The notes beneath the pieces were generated by a model, which saw only the letters and a list, made by a program, of their open reading frames with translations, made no database searches and was not told where the DNA came from. DNA of 62,409 bases, counting the filler, from Candidatus Tectimicrobiota bacterium (GTDB taxonomy: Bacteria; JACPSX01): the NCBI GenBank assembly GCA_016193065.1. It is 7 parts of 7 records of this genome, joined end to end, with 100 filler letters (N's around TTAATTAATTAA, not from the genome) between each part and the next. Parts side by side here need not be neighbours in the genome. Positions count along the whole stretch, not along the records: positions 24,157 to 41,273 come from JACPSX010000243.1; 6 more parts are not named here. One strand, given 5' to 3'. Shown here piece after piece: positions 26,736-37,089 of this stretch. How positions within the stretch are numbered: position 1 is the stretch's first letter; every line of letters begins with the position of its first letter. Made by a program: the position numbers and the translations under genes.

Positions 26736-27104
26736 CTACCCTCGCCAGGCTCTCCAGGCCAGGCAGAGCCACCCGGCCAGGAAGGCCAAGCCGCCCACGG
26801 GAGTGATCGCTCCCAACCAGCGCAGGCCGGTTAAGCTGAGGCGGTAAAGGCTGCCGGAAAAGATCAGCGTGCCGGCCACGAAGAGCCAGCCGGCCGCTGC
26901 GAGCGCCGGGCCGGGCCAGCGCGTAGCAGCCCAGGCGGCGCCCAGCAAGGCCAGGGCGTGGTAGATCTGGTAGCGAGCCGCCGTCTCAAAGACGAGGAGC
27001 ATGTCCGGCGCAAGCCGCCCTCGTAGACTGTGGACGCCCAAAGCGCCGGCGGTTACCGCAAGGAAGGCTGAACCCGACCCAAGGATAAAGAACAGGCGCT
27101 CCAA
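26736..27104 (-). CDS. DUF423 (YgdD/TMEM256) membrane protein
   Basis: GALGVH, FETAARYQIYHAL, IFSGSLY, GAITPVGG. Confidence 0.88.
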   Translation of the reverse strand: MERLFFILGSGSAFLAVTAGALGVHSLRGRLAPDMLLVFETAARYQIYHALALLGAAWAATRWPGPALAAAGWLFVAGTLIFSGSLYRLSLTGLRWLGAITPVGGLAFLAGWLCLAWRAWRG

Positions 27105-27109
27105 TTTCT

Positions 27110-28051
27110 TTACTCCCCGGCCGGACGGAAAGGGGAAGGCGCGGCCGCCGCGACCCGCGCGGCGTCTGACGGCTGGGTTTTCCAGCGTTGGTGGAGCCAG
27201 AGCCAGTGATCGGGATGGGCGCGGATGAAAGACTCCAGGGCCTGGCTGAAGCGGGCCGTGTTTGTTTCGATGTCCCGGTGCAAGTCTCCGGTAGTAATCA
27301 CGGGGATCTCATCGCCGATGAACATCCGGTGCTTCCCCTTGCCTAACCGAACAATGTGCGCTGGGAGGACAGGGGCACCCGTTCGAATGGCGGCCAGAGC
27401 GACGCCGATCGTCGTGCTGGCGGGCCGTCCCAGGAAATCGACAAAGACCCCTTCCCGGGCCACCGTGTTCTGGTCCATGAGGATCCCAATCGCTTCTCCT
27501 TGGCGCAGGGTGCTCAAGATGTCCGACATCCCTTGCCACTTGGAGATGAGCTTCGTGCCATGCATCGATCGTATCTCGGAGACCACCATGTCCAGGGGAG
27601 CCCAGTCCATCGGGCGCACAATTACCCGCAGCGGATAGCCCCGCAGGGCCGTGGCCGGAGGCATGAGCTCCCAGTTGCCGAAATGGGCGGTAATCAGCAC
27701 CACCCCGCGTCCCTTGGCCAGCGCCTGCACCACTTTCTCGAGCCCTTCGATCTCTACCAGCCGGGTGAGATTATTCGAGTTGAGGCGCGGAATCCGGCAA
27801 AACTCCATCAACGTGCGCCCCAAATTTTTGTAAGACTCCCGCACGATCCTCTTCTCTTCTTGGGGTGTCACCTGCGCGCCCAGAGCCTGGTGCACGTTGT
27901 CCACAGCAATCTGGCGCCGGCGGCCCATGAGGCGAAATGCCAGCAGTCCCAACCCTGCTCCCAGAACCAGAGCCGGCCGCAACGGCAGGCGGGAGAAGAA
28001 CCAGACGGTTTTCTTCAAGACCCGGTACGATAACCGATCCAATGTGTTCAC
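27110..28051 (-). CDS. lpxL: Lipid A secondary acyltransferase (HtrB/LpxL family)
   Basis: TAHFGNWE, LMDQ, VDFLG, WLWLHQRWK; lipid A operon context. Confidence 0.85.
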   Translation of the reverse strand: MNTLDRLSYRVLKKTVWFFSRLPLRPALVLGAGLGLLAFRLMGRRRQIAVDNVHQALGAQVTPQEEKRIVRESYKNLGRTLMEFCRIPRLNSNNLTRLVEIEGLEKVVQALAKGRGVVLITAHFGNWELMPPATALRGYPLRVIVRPMDWAPLDMVVSEIRSMHGTKLISKWQGMSDILSTLRQGEAIGILMDQNTVAREGVFVDFLGRPASTTIGVALAAIRTGAPVLPAHIVRLGKGKHRMFIGDEIPVITTGDLHRDIETNTARFSQALESFIRAHPDHWLWLHQRWKTQPSDAARVAAAAPSPFRPAGE

Positions 28052-29199
28052 GAGACTCGGGTCCTCCTCTCCACAAGCGACCAGAATTCTTTTTCGGACC
28101 GCAGCCGCAGCCCCAGGCGCAGGACCAGGCAGGTCGGGTTCCAGCGGCGCTCCAGCCCTTCGATCCGGACCCCGTCTTTTTCCGTCGTGACGAGAAACCG
28201 GGCGCCACGGGCCCGGGCCTCGACTTCCAGGTCCGCAATCTCACCCGCAGTGTACCAGTGATGGTCACCAAAATCACGATGACCGATCAGGTTCGCCCCC
28301 AGACTTTTCAAAAGAGCCAGAAAGGACGCAGGATCGGCCAGGCCTGAGAAGGCCATTACAGGACTCTCCCGCAATAAGTCCACGGGATGCGCGGGCCCGG
28401 CGTCGATTTCCAGCAGGGCCTCGGCCGTGTAGTCTACCTCAAACAAGGGCACCTCGGGGCACAGAGATTGTACGGTGGCCCGGACTTGCGCAAGCCCCGC
28501 AGAAAGATTGGCCCGGGTGATGAAGATCCCGTGAGCTCTGCGCAGGGCGCCGGGAGGCTCCCGCAGAATCCCGCGGGGAAAAAGGCAGCCGTCACCAAAC
28601 GGGTCCATCCCATCCACCAGAACCAGATCCAGGCAGCGCCGCAAGGCCAGATGCTGGAAGCCGTCATCCAAGATGAAGAAATCGACCCCACAGTTTTTTC
28701 TGGCCCACATCCCACCGCGGTAGCGGTTCTTGTCCACTACAACAGGGACCTCGGGGAGCCGGCCCGCCAGCAAAAGAGGTTCATCTCCGCACTGGGCGGC
28801 GGACAGAGAATTCCCTTGCGCATCCCCGACCCGGAAGGGCACCCCCACCCGCTTCGCGGGTACCCGGGCTCTGCGGGCTCCATACCCGCGCGTTAAAATG
28901 GCTACCTTCTTTCCTCTCCGGCTGAGAGCTTCCGCAAGCCACAAGGAGAAGGGCGTTTTCCCGGTTCCCCCGAGAGTGAGATTTCCCACACTGATCACCG
29001 GGCAGGGTAAAGAGCGGGATCGCAAGACGCCCGCCCGGTAGATCCCGCGCCGTGCCGCCAGAGCAGCCCCGTACCCCCAGGAAAGAACAGACAGGAGAGC
29101 TGACAGCGCTGCCGGGAGCTTGCCTTGTCGCCACTTATGCACGAGAGCGTTGCCTCCCCGGCCCCGCACTTCGTCGAATTTTTCCGCTTCAGATTCCAA
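28048..29199 (-). CDS. lpxK: Tetraacyldisaccharide 4'-kinase
   Basis: SVGNLTLGGTGKTP, TRGYG, GDEP, LDDGFQH, DHH, TTEKD. Confidence 0.95.
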   Translation of the reverse strand: MESEAEKFDEVRGRGGNALVHKWRQGKLPAALSALLSVLSWGYGAALAARRGIYRAGVLRSRSLPCPVISVGNLTLGGTGKTPFSLWLAEALSRRGKKVAILTRGYGARRARVPAKRVGVPFRVGDAQGNSLSAAQCGDEPLLLAGRLPEVPVVVDKNRYRGGMWARKNCGVDFFILDDGFQHLALRRCLDLVLVDGMDPFGDGCLFPRGILREPPGALRRAHGIFITRANLSAGLAQVRATVQSLCPEVPLFEVDYTAEALLEIDAGPAHPVDLLRESPVMAFSGLADPASFLALLKSLGANLIGHRDFGDHHWYTAGEIADLEVEARARGARFLVTTEKDGVRIEGLERRWNPTCLVLRLGLRLRSEKEFWSLVERRTRVS

Positions 29200-30526
29200 T
29201 TGCTTCTCTCTGGTTCAGGGAGCCGGCGAGAGCTTGCAAAGCCCGCTCCACAGCTCCCTGGTTCTGGACGACGACTCGATACGCTTTCTCGCCCACATCG
29301 AGCCCGAGGGCCGGATTTTCCAGAATCCGGCGGGCCCACGTTTGCAGATCCCCAGGTGTGCCTACCTGAAGCCCGCCTCCACCCGCTCGGAGGGCTCCGG
29401 CAATCTCGGCAAAATTATCGACGTGGGGACCGAACAGAACGGGTTTCTTCCAGGCAGCCGGCTCCAGGAGATTGTGCCCGCCAAAGGGAACGAGGCTTCC
29501 ACCCACAAAGGCCAAGACCCCGACCCGGTAGAGAGCGGACAATTCCCCCAAGGTATCCACGACGACTACGGGAGAGGAAGCCCGGTCCGTCCCGTCCCGA
29601 GAAGGGAAATGGCTTAGCCGAACGCTCCGAAGTCCCCCCCGGCGGACCACCTCCTCGACCTCCTCCAGGCGTTCCAGGTGCCGGGGAGCCAGGATCAGGA
29701 GGCGTCCCGGTCGCTCCTGCACCAGAGGGCCCAAAGCGCTGAGGATCAGTTCCTCCTCTCCGGGATGTGTGCTGCCGGCCACAATGGCCTGATAGGCGGA
29801 AAACTCGCGGCAAAATCTCTCCGACAGTTCCAGTGTGCGGGGGTCTTCTGCAAGAGCCCCGTCATATTTCAGGTTCCCCTGCACCAGGACCCGCTGCGGG
29901 GGAGCACCCAGGTCAATGATCCGGCGGGCGTCCTCCGCCGTTTGCATGGAAAAGGTGTCGATCCCGGACAAAACAACCCGCATAAAGGGCCGCAAGGTCC
30001 GGTAGCGCCGGAAAGAGCGCGGGGAGATGCGGCCGTTGATCATGAGGCTCGGAACGTTGCGGCGCTTGAGTTCCCGCAGCATGTTGGGCCAGATCTCCGT
30101 CTCCATCATGACAAAACAGGAGGGCCGCAGAATTTCAAGCGAGCGCCTCACCGCGGGGGCAAAGTCAAAAGGGAAAAAGAAGATCCGCTGTGCCTCTGCC
30201 AGGCGCTGCCGGGCCACGGCCTGGCCGGTGGGGGTTACCGTGGAGACGGCAATTCGCAGGTCGGGAAAGCGGCGCGTGATTTCGCGCACCAGAACCTCGC
30301 TGGCAGCCACCTCCCCAACGGATACGGCATGCAGCCAGAGAAGGGGGCCCGTCTCCGGATTATGAACGGGGCCCAGGGAGAAGCCCAGGCGCTGGGCCAG
30401 ACCCGCCCGGTATTTCTTCCGAGTGGCCAGCCTCCAGGCCAGCACCGGCAGGCCTCCGACCCCGGCCAGAACCAGGAGGGCATTGTAAGCCAAGTAGGCC
30501 AGACGTTCAGCCGCGGCAGAGGGCAT
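29189..30526 (-). CDS. waaA: Kdo transferase
   Basis: WLHAVSVGE, ETEIWPN, GNLKYD, AGSTH, APRH, GGHNLLEP. Confidence 0.95.
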   Translation of the reverse strand: MPSAAAERLAYLAYNALLVLAGVGGLPVLAWRLATRKKYRAGLAQRLGFSLGPVHNPETGPLLWLHAVSVGEVAASEVLVREITRRFPDLRIAVSTVTPTGQAVARQRLAEAQRIFFFPFDFAPAVRRSLEILRPSCFVMMETEIWPNMLRELKRRNVPSLMINGRISPRSFRRYRTLRPFMRVVLSGIDTFSMQTAEDARRIIDLGAPPQRVLVQGNLKYDGALAEDPRTLELSERFCREFSAYQAIVAGSTHPGEEELILSALGPLVQERPGRLLILAPRHLERLEEVEEVVRRGGLRSVRLSHFPSRDGTDRASSPVVVVDTLGELSALYRVGVLAFVGGSLVPFGGHNLLEPAAWKKPVLFGPHVDNFAEIAGALRAGGGGLQVGTPGDLQTWARRILENPALGLDVGEKAYRVVVQNQGAVERALQALAGSLNQREAIGI

Positions 30527-31160
30527 CGACCTCCTCCGTGATCCGGTTCAGCCCCTCTTCCAAAAGGAGTCGGGTCTCCTGCCCGCGCTGCCGCAGATCT
30601 TCCGGGGTGACCCGCAAGAGTCCGCCGAACTGGATGACGACCCGGCTAAACGGCAAGGGAATCAGGAAGCGGTCCCAGCTCTTGCACACGAAGGCGCGGC
30701 GGGCCGCGGATGTGGTCAGGAGCAAGGGCGCTCCGGTTCTCGCCGCCAGATCCAACGCACCCTCCTGGGCCTGGAAGCGGGGCCCGCGGGGTCCGTCCGG
30801 GGTAATGGCCACGTCATGGCCGGCCTTCACCTCCCGCACCAGCGCCGTGAGCCCCCGCGCCCCGCCGCGAGAGGAGGAGCCCCGGACCGTGCGGAATCCC
30901 AGACGCTGGAGAAACGCATTAATAATTTCCCCGTCCCGGCTGAGGCTCACCAGTGTGCAGATCTGGCGATGGCTGCGGGACAGGATGGGGCACAGCATGC
31001 GGCCGTGCCAGATCGCATAAATGAAAGGCCGGCCGCCGGCCCGCAGGCGCTCCTCGGCTTCGGAGTTGCGGACCTCGATCCGCAGGGACTTGTAGAGGGC
31101 CCAGAGAAGCGGGATTCCCAGACGCGGGATCAGGAATTGAAGAGTGCGCTGCCATTTCAC
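30507..31160 (-). CDS. DUF374 lysophospholipid acyltransferase family (LpxJ-like)
   Basis: WHGR, SRDGE, VRGSSSRGG, ITPDGPRGP, SWDRFLIPLPF. Confidence 0.85.
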   Translation of the reverse strand: MKWQRTLQFLIPRLGIPLLWALYKSLRIEVRNSEAEERLRAGGRPFIYAIWHGRMLCPILSRSHRQICTLVSLSRDGEIINAFLQRLGFRTVRGSSSRGGARGLTALVREVKAGHDVAITPDGPRGPRFQAQEGALDLAARTGAPLLLTTSAARRAFVCKSWDRFLIPLPFSRVVIQFGGLLRVTPEDLRQRGQETRLLLEEGLNRITEEVDALCRG

Positions 31161-32308
31161 TCCAGCGCTCTCCCCGGGCGTTCTTCCAGGAAAGTGGCGA
31201 TCTCCCGCGCCGCCCGTGCCGCCGCTCCACCGGGTCCCAGCATCCCGGCGATCCGGCCCAGTTCCTCCTGCAGGCGACGGCGACGATCCTCATCACACAA
31301 AAGGGGGACTGCAGCGGCGGCGATTTCCCGGGGGTTGGCCCGGCCCTGCAGCAGCTCCGGCACCAGCTCCTTGCCGGCCAGGATGTTCACCAAGCCTGCC
31401 CAGGAAACCTTCACCAGAGCCTTTGCAAACATCCAGCTCAACGGGTGCAGCTTGTAAAGGATCACCATGGGAGCTCTGAGCAGCGTCGCCTCCAAGGTCG
31501 CCGTCCCCGAAGCCACCAGGAGGAGGGAAGAAAGTCGTATGAGGTCGTGGGTCCGGTCTTGAACCACGAGGATAGGAACGGGGTTTCCCTGCAGGAGCTC
31601 CTGCACCAGCTCATCGGGAATTGTGGCGGCCTGGGCCAGAGCAAAGCGGGCTGCCGGGACCTGCTCACGGATCAAGGGCAGGGATTCGACCATGAGCGGG
31701 AGGAGGGTGCGAACCTCTCTCTCCCGGCTGCCGGGAAGCAGGCCCACCACAGGTCCGCCCTTCTCCAGGCCCAGCTCCACCGCCAGTTGGGAATCTCCGC
31801 CGCCGGTTTCCAGGCGATCCACCAGCGGGTGCCCGACGCACGTGACATCCACTCCAGCGCGTTTGTAGAGGGGAACCTCGAAGGGAAACAGGACCAGCAT
31901 TTTGTCCACGCAGCGCGCGATTTGCCGGATCCGTCCGGGGCGCCACGCCCAGATCTGGGGACTGACATAATAGATGACCCGGATTCCGGCCCGGCGGGCC
32001 ATCCGGGCCAGGCGCAGGTTAAAGCCGGGGTAGTCGATGAGGATGGCGGCAGCGGTCGTGCCCTTGCCGATTTCGTATCTCAAGTCCTTATAGACCCGGC
32101 GCAAGAGCGGGATCTTCTTCAGAACTTCCGCGACGCCGACCACGGCCATCTCGCGGGAATCGTGCCGGGTGCGCACTCCTGCGGCCCGCATCTGCGGGCC
32201 CCCGACCCCCCAAAACTCCCAGTGGGGCTGCAGCGCCTTCAGGGCCGCCACGAGTTCGGCCCCCAGCGCATCTCCCGATGCTTCTCCGGCAACTACGAGT
32301 AACCTAAT
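31157..32308 (-). CDS. lpxB: Lipid-A-disaccharide synthase (apparent ATT start)
   Basis: AGEASGD, IDYPGFN, YYVSPQIWAWR, VGHPL, LLPGSR, ASGTATLE. The conserved N-terminus lies upstream of the ORF-track start at 32251. Confidence 0.93.
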   Translation of the reverse strand: MRLLVVAGEASGDALGAELVAALKALQPHWEFWGVGGPQMRAAGVRTRHDSREMAVVGVAEVLKKIPLLRRVYKDLRYEIGKGTTAAAILIDYPGFNLRLARMARRAGIRVIYYVSPQIWAWRPGRIRQIARCVDKMLVLFPFEVPLYKRAGVDVTCVGHPLVDRLETGGGDSQLAVELGLEKGGPVVGLLPGSREREVRTLLPLMVESLPLIREQVPAARFALAQAATIPDELVQELLQGNPVPILVVQDRTHDLIRLSSLLLVASGTATLEATLLRAPMVILYKLHPLSWMFAKALVKVSWAGLVNILAGKELVPELLQGRANPREIAAAAVPLLCDEDRRRRLQEELGRIAGMLGPGGAAARAAREIATFLEERPGRALE

Positions 32309-32353
32309 TGTTCGCCCCTTATCAACGGATCAGGGTCTTCAGTCATTCCCAAC

Positions 32354-33178
32354 TTATCCGCGAGCTTTGCTTCCGGTCACCGCGACCAGCTTGATGCCGC
32401 ACTGCTGCGCCCGCTCCACAGCCCGGGGGCGATCGAGAACCAGGGTGCTGCCGGCCTCCACGGCCAGCACGGAAGCCTTGCCCGCGGCCATTGCTTCCAC
32501 GGTCCTTAACCCGACCGCGGGAAGATCGAAGCGCAGATCCTGGCGAGGACGGCTCACCTTCACCACGACAGCCCCCTCCCCGGCCAGGCGGCAGCCCCTG
32601 TCAATGGCGTCGTCTGTCCCTTCCAGAGCCTCGACGGCAACAATCGTTTTCTCTTTGACCACCACGGTCTGGCCGATGTCGAGTCCGGCCACGGCCTTGG
32701 CCAGGCCGAAGCCGAAATCGACGTCTTCCTGTTCCCGGACCGTGAGCTTGCCCCGGGTCAGGCTCCCCGGCCGTGGAATCAGGTCTCCCAGGAACCGGGA
32801 CTGCTCCAGGATCTCCATTCCCTCCTTTTCCATTTCCTGAACGATGGCCTGGAAGATCGTCATGTCGTTCTGGTTGCGCAGGCGGCGCAGGATCTTGAGG
32901 GCCCGCAGGTCGAGGGCAGGGCGGGAAAACAGGAGCCCCTTGTGGATCTTGCCGATCATGAGAATTTGCCGGATCTGCTCCTTCTTCAGGCAGGCCAGGA
33001 TCTTGTTGGCCTGTCCGATGCCGAGGCGATACACCCGGGCGCTTAACGGGGCCAGCTCTTCGCGGGCAGCGTCGCTGAGGGCAATCCCGATGACTTCGTA
33101 GCCCTGGCCGGCCGCGCCGCGGGCGCACAGGGCGGGCAGCGATCCTTCCCCGGCAATGAGTCCCAACCTCAGGGTCAT
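32354..33178 (-). CDS. lpxI: UDP-2,3-diacylglucosamine pyrophosphatase LpxI
   Basis: LGLIAGEGSLP, DIGQTVVV, AVEALEGTD, QDLRFDLPAVG. Confidence 0.92.
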   Translation of the reverse strand: MTLRLGLIAGEGSLPALCARGAAGQGYEVIGIALSDAAREELAPLSARVYRLGIGQANKILACLKKEQIRQILMIGKIHKGLLFSRPALDLRALKILRRLRNQNDMTIFQAIVQEMEKEGMEILEQSRFLGDLIPRPGSLTRGKLTVREQEDVDFGFGLAKAVAGLDIGQTVVVKEKTIVAVEALEGTDDAIDRGCRLAGEGAVVVKVSRPRQDLRFDLPAVGLRTVEAMAAGKASVLAVEAGSTLVLDRPRAVERAQQCGIKLVAVTGSKARG

Positions 33179-33180
33179 CC

Positions 33181-34143
33181 CTACCGGTCTCTCGCCAGTT
33201 GTGCCAGGATATCCAGGGCGATCTGGAGGGAGTAAAGTTCTTCGTCGACGGAAACCGCCCGCGGGGCGCCGTTCGTGGCGCACTCCAGCAGATGCTTGAT
33301 TTCGGACTTCAGAGGATTGTCCCGATGGACGAAGATGCGCTCGATGAGCGACTCCTGCTTGTAGCGCAGCTCGGTGCGGGACAGAACGTGCTCGGAGGAG
33401 GCTTGCCGGTAGACCCGAATATCCTGATCGGTGAAATTGAGGAAGATGTAGGCATCGGGCTGGGTGATGGCCATGCTGCGCACTTTATTCTGGGTGACCC
33501 GGCTGGCCGTGATGCTGGCCAGGCAGCCGTTCGCAAACTTCATCTGCACGTTGGCCAGATCCTCCCGCCGCCCGAGCACCGAAGATCCCACCACGTGCAT
33601 AGAAGCCACCGGGGATCCCACCAAGTTCAGCACGATGTCGATGTCGTGAATCATCAGATCGAGGACTACCCCGTCGTCCCGCACCCGCGGCTCGTAGGGC
33701 CCCAGGCGGTGGCACTCGATGAAGATCGGATTTGTCACGATCTTCTTCAGTTCCTGAACGGCGCCGTTGAAGCGCTCCACGTGCCCGACGTGCAGGACGA
33801 CCCCGCGCTCCTGGGCAATCCGGAACAGGTCCTGCGCCTCTTCCAGGGTGGTGGTGATGGGTTTTTCCAGGAGCACGTGGATCCCGGCCTCGAGAAATTG
33901 CCGGGCCACGTCGTAGTGCTGGGCGGTGGGCACCGCAATGCTGACCACGTCCACCCGGCCGATGAGCTCAGCGGGATCTCCGTACGCCGTGGTGCCGTAC
34001 TGCCCGGCCACCTGTCGCGCCCGCTCCAGGTCCCGGTCCACCACCCCGGCCAGATCCACGTTGAATAGCTCCGAATAAACACCCACGTGGTAGCGTCCCA
34101 TGTGTCCGACGCCGACCACTCCCGCACGCACCTTCTCCATCAT
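33181..34143 (-). CDS. Gfo/Idh/MocA oxidoreductase (GnnA-like)
   Basis: GVGHMG, EKP, VGHVERFN, DLMIHD, TASRV; lies between lpxA and lpxI/lpxB. Confidence 0.88.
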   Translation of the reverse strand: MMEKVRAGVVGVGHMGRYHVGVYSELFNVDLAGVVDRDLERARQVAGQYGTTAYGDPAELIGRVDVVSIAVPTAQHYDVARQFLEAGIHVLLEKPITTTLEEAQDLFRIAQERGVVLHVGHVERFNGAVQELKKIVTNPIFIECHRLGPYEPRVRDDGVVLDLMIHDIDIVLNLVGSPVASMHVVGSSVLGRREDLANVQMKFANGCLASITASRVTQNKVRSMAITQPDAYIFLNFTDQDIRVYRQASSEHVLSRTELRYKQESLIERIFVHRDNPLKSEIKHLLECATNGAPRAVSVDEELYSLQIALDILAQLARDR

Positions 34144-34922
34144 TGCTTCCCCGCTGATAAAATCCCGCGCTCGGACTTTTCGATAAACTCCAGCAGATGC
34201 CGGATCTCTTCCCCAAGCTCGATTTCGGACCGGATGCGGTCCAGAGCCTGGGAAACATTGCATCCGGAGAGGAACAAGATCTTGTAGGCCCTCTGAATAT
34301 CCTGGCGCACGGAAGCTGGAACCTGACGGCGCCGAAGCCCGATCGTGTTCACCCCTCTGGCCACGGCCGGCCTGCCTTCGGCTATGATATAGGGGATCAC
34401 ATCCTTGGTGACCCCGGACATCCCCGCGATGATGGCCAGGCAGCCGATCCGGTTGAACTGGTGCACCCCGGCATACCCGGACAGGATGGCGCCGTCCTCC
34501 ACGGTCACAAACCCCGAAAGGCCCACATAGTTGGTGAGCACGACATCGGATCCCACCTGGCAATCATGCCCCACATGGCTGTACGCCATGAGGAAACAGC
34601 GCTCGCCGACGACCGTGGCCTCGCCCTCCCGGCTGGCGCGGTGTACCGTGGCAAACTCTCTCACCATCGTCCCCGCCCCGATTTTAACACAGGAGGGCGC
34701 CCCTTTGTATTTCACGTCCTGAGGGGGGCCCCCCAGGACGGCGCCGGGACCGATGAGGCAATCCCGGTCAATCTCCGTATACCCCTCGATGACCGCGTGG
34801 GGGCCGATCCGGGTGCCGCTGCCGATGCGGACCCCTTCGCCAATGACCGCATAGGGGCCGATGGAAACGTCTTCCCCGATTTCGCAAGACGGGTGAATGA
34901 CGGCGGTCGGGTGAATTGCCAT
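34140..34922 (-). CDS. lpxA: Acyl-ACP--UDP-N-acetylglucosamine acyltransferase
   Basis: IHPTAVI, hexapeptide repeats, PQDVKY, HVGHDC, VHQF. Confidence 0.95.
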   Translation of the reverse strand: MAIHPTAVIHPSCEIGEDVSIGPYAVIGEGVRIGSGTRIGPHAVIEGYTEIDRDCLIGPGAVLGGPPQDVKYKGAPSCVKIGAGTMVREFATVHRASREGEATVVGERCFLMAYSHVGHDCQVGSDVVLTNYVGLSGFVTVEDGAILSGYAGVHQFNRIGCLAIIAGMSGVTKDVIPYIIAEGRPAVARGVNTIGLRRRQVPASVRQDIQRAYKILFLSGCNVSQALDRIRSEIELGEEIRHLLEFIEKSERGILSAGKQ

Positions 34923-34934
34923 GTCCCGCTGCTC

Positions 34935-35417
34935 TCAGGATCGGGAGGAGGAATCCTCTCCGGATCCGATGTTTTCCCCCTCCTGGACCACCATGGCCTC
35001 GAGCTCGGCCTCGCACACCAGGCGGTCCTCCACCAAGGCTCTGCCCTGAAACCGCCAGAAAGGCCCGCGCCGCTTCAGGACCTCCAACTCCAGGCGGAGC
35101 TGATCGCCGGGCAAGACCGGCTTGCGGAACCTGGCTTTGTCAATGCCCACGAAATAAGCCAGGGAGCCTTTCTGATCCATCACCTGCAGCGCCAAGACTC
35201 CGGCCACCTGAGCCATTGCTTCCAGGATAAGAACTCCGGGCATGATCGGGTGCCCGGGAAAGTGTCCCTGGAAAAAAGGCTCGTTGATGGTGACATTCTT
35301 GAGCCCCACGATCCTCTTGTCCCCCTCTATCTCCAGAATGCGGTCGACAAGCAGGAAGGGGTAGCGGTGGGGGAGAGCCCGTATCGCTTCCCGAAAATCC
35401 GTCATGGCTGACCTCAC
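34935..35417 (-). CDS. fabZ: 3-hydroxyacyl-ACP dehydratase
   Basis: [33 protein letters not shown]. Confidence 0.96.
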   Translation of the reverse strand: MRSAMTDFREAIRALPHRYPFLLVDRILEIEGDKRIVGLKNVTINEPFFQGHFPGHPIMPGVLILEAMAQVAGVLALQVMDQKGSLAYFVGIDKARFRKPVLPGDQLRLELEVLKRRGPFWRFQGRALVEDRLVCEAELEAMVVQEGENIGSGEDSSSRS

Positions 35418-35433
35418 GTTGTCCCGACCTATT

Positions 35434-36468
35434 TTAGTCTTTTTCCTTCTGCTGTTCTAGCTGGCGCAAGCGCTTGTCGAGATTCTGGAGCTTGCGCACC
35501 ATCTCCGGCAACTGGGGCACGCAGGCCTGCACCCTCCGCCACAGGACATGGGGAATTGCGGGGGTGCCCGTGAGGACAGAGCCGGGCTCCACGTCCTTGG
35601 CAACCCCGGACTGGCCCGCGATCGTGCTGCCGTCGCCCACGGTAATGTGGTCCCCGAGTCCGGCCTGGCCGGCAATGGTGACCCCCTTGCCGATGGTCAC
35701 GCTGCCGGAAATCCCCGCCAGCGCCACGATGATCGAGTCCTCACCAACCTTCACGTTGTGGGCGATCTGCACCAGGTTGTCGATCTTGGTGCCGCGCCCG
35801 ACTCGGGTCACCCCGAGGGTCGCCCGGTCGATGCAGACGTTGGCGCCGATTTCCACATCATCCTCAATGACGACTCCGCCCACCTGGGGAATCTTCTGGT
35901 GCCGCCCCCCCTCGGCGGGCACGAAGCCGAACCCATCGCTGCCCAGAACAGCCCCGCTGTGAATGATCACCCGCTGGCCGATCGTCACGCCCGGATAAAT
36001 GCTGACGTTGCAGTGGATGACCGTATCGCGCCCAATCGTCACCCCTTCGCCAACCGCGACCCCCGCATGAAGGATTACCCCCGCTCCCAGCCGGGCCCCC
36101 TTCCCGACCCAGGCAAAAGGGTAAATGGAGACCTCCCCTTCCAGGACCACGCCCTCCTCCACGAACGCTCTGGGATCCACTCCGGTTCGCGGCGCCGCCG
36201 GCGGGTGGAAGTGAGCGAGGATCTTGCTGAAAGCCAGATAAGCGTTGGAAACCACGAGCGCGGGGCGATCAACGGATAAACCGGGCTCGATGATGACCGC
36301 CGAGGCTGCGCTGCGGGAAAGCAGAGGCAGATACTTCTTGCGGGCCACAAACGTGATCTCGCCCGCGCGGGCATCTTCCAGGGCAGCCACTCCGGAAAGT
36401 TCCAGCTCCGGATCCCCCTGAACCGTCCCCCCGACCAGTGCCGCCAGTTGAGCCAGGGTCGCCTTCAC
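35434..36468 (-). CDS. lpxD: UDP-3-O-acylglucosamine N-acyltransferase
   Basis: [29 protein letters not shown]. Confidence 0.96.
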   Translation of the reverse strand: MKATLAQLAALVGGTVQGDPELELSGVAALEDARAGEITFVARKKYLPLLSRSAASAVIIEPGLSVDRPALVVSNAYLAFSKILAHFHPPAAPRTGVDPRAFVEEGVVLEGEVSIYPFAWVGKGARLGAGVILHAGVAVGEGVTIGRDTVIHCNVSIYPGVTIGQRVIIHSGAVLGSDGFGFVPAEGGRHQKIPQVGGVVIEDDVEIGANVCIDRATLGVTRVGRGTKIDNLVQIAHNVKVGEDSIIVALAGISGSVTIGKGVTIAGQAGLGDHITVGDGSTIAGQSGVAKDVEPGSVLTGTPAIPHVLWRRVQACVPQLPEMVRKLQNLDKRLRQLEQQKEKD

Positions 36469-36483
36469 CCCCCAACCCTCTCT

Positions 36484-37041
36484 TCAGCGCTTGCTGGATG
36501 CATTCACTCGGCGGATAACTTCGTCGGTGAAATCCGTTCCTTCACCGACATAATAGATCCCGTCCCGGCGCTCCGCGATCAGGGTATAGCCCTGCTCCTT
36601 GCCGATCTGCTGGATCACCTTGCGGATCTCCACCAGTACTTTCTGGGTTGCATCCCGCTCCCGGATCCCCAGCTCCTCGTTGGCGTCATCAACGAATCTC
36701 TGAGCATCTCGGAGTTTTTTCCGGTAAGTGGTTTCCTTTTCTCTCCGGACCGCTTCGCTGAGAATGAGCCCTTGGGTGCGGATCTCGTTCTGCAGCCTCC
36801 GCACCTCTTCTTCCCGGCGGTCAATCTCGGTCTGGGTCTTTTCTTTTGCGCGCTGCAGTTCCGCCATGGCCTGTTTGCCGGGGCTGGATTCGTTGAGCAC
36901 CCGATTCATGTCCACGACGGCGATTTTCACAGGGCGCTCGGCTCCCTCAGCGACTGCCCCAGGAAGCATGCTGAGGCCCGTGAATCCCGCCAAGGCGCCC
37001 AAGAGAAGCGCCGCCTTCCCTACCCTGCCAAGCTGTGTCAT
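36484..37041 (-). CDS. skp: Skp/OmpH periplasmic chaperone
   Basis: Signal peptide, KIAVVD, coiled coil, DFTDEVI; between bamA and lpxD. Confidence 0.9.
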   Translation of the reverse strand: MTQLGRVGKAALLLGALAGFTGLSMLPGAVAEGAERPVKIAVVDMNRVLNESSPGKQAMAELQRAKEKTQTEIDRREEEVRRLQNEIRTQGLILSEAVRREKETTYRKKLRDAQRFVDDANEELGIRERDATQKVLVEIRKVIQQIGKEQGYTLIAERRDGIYYVGEGTDFTDEVIRRVNASSKR

Positions 37042-37089
37042 CTGGTACCTCCAACGTATTCCAGGTAAGTTAAGCGCCGAGCGCTCTGC

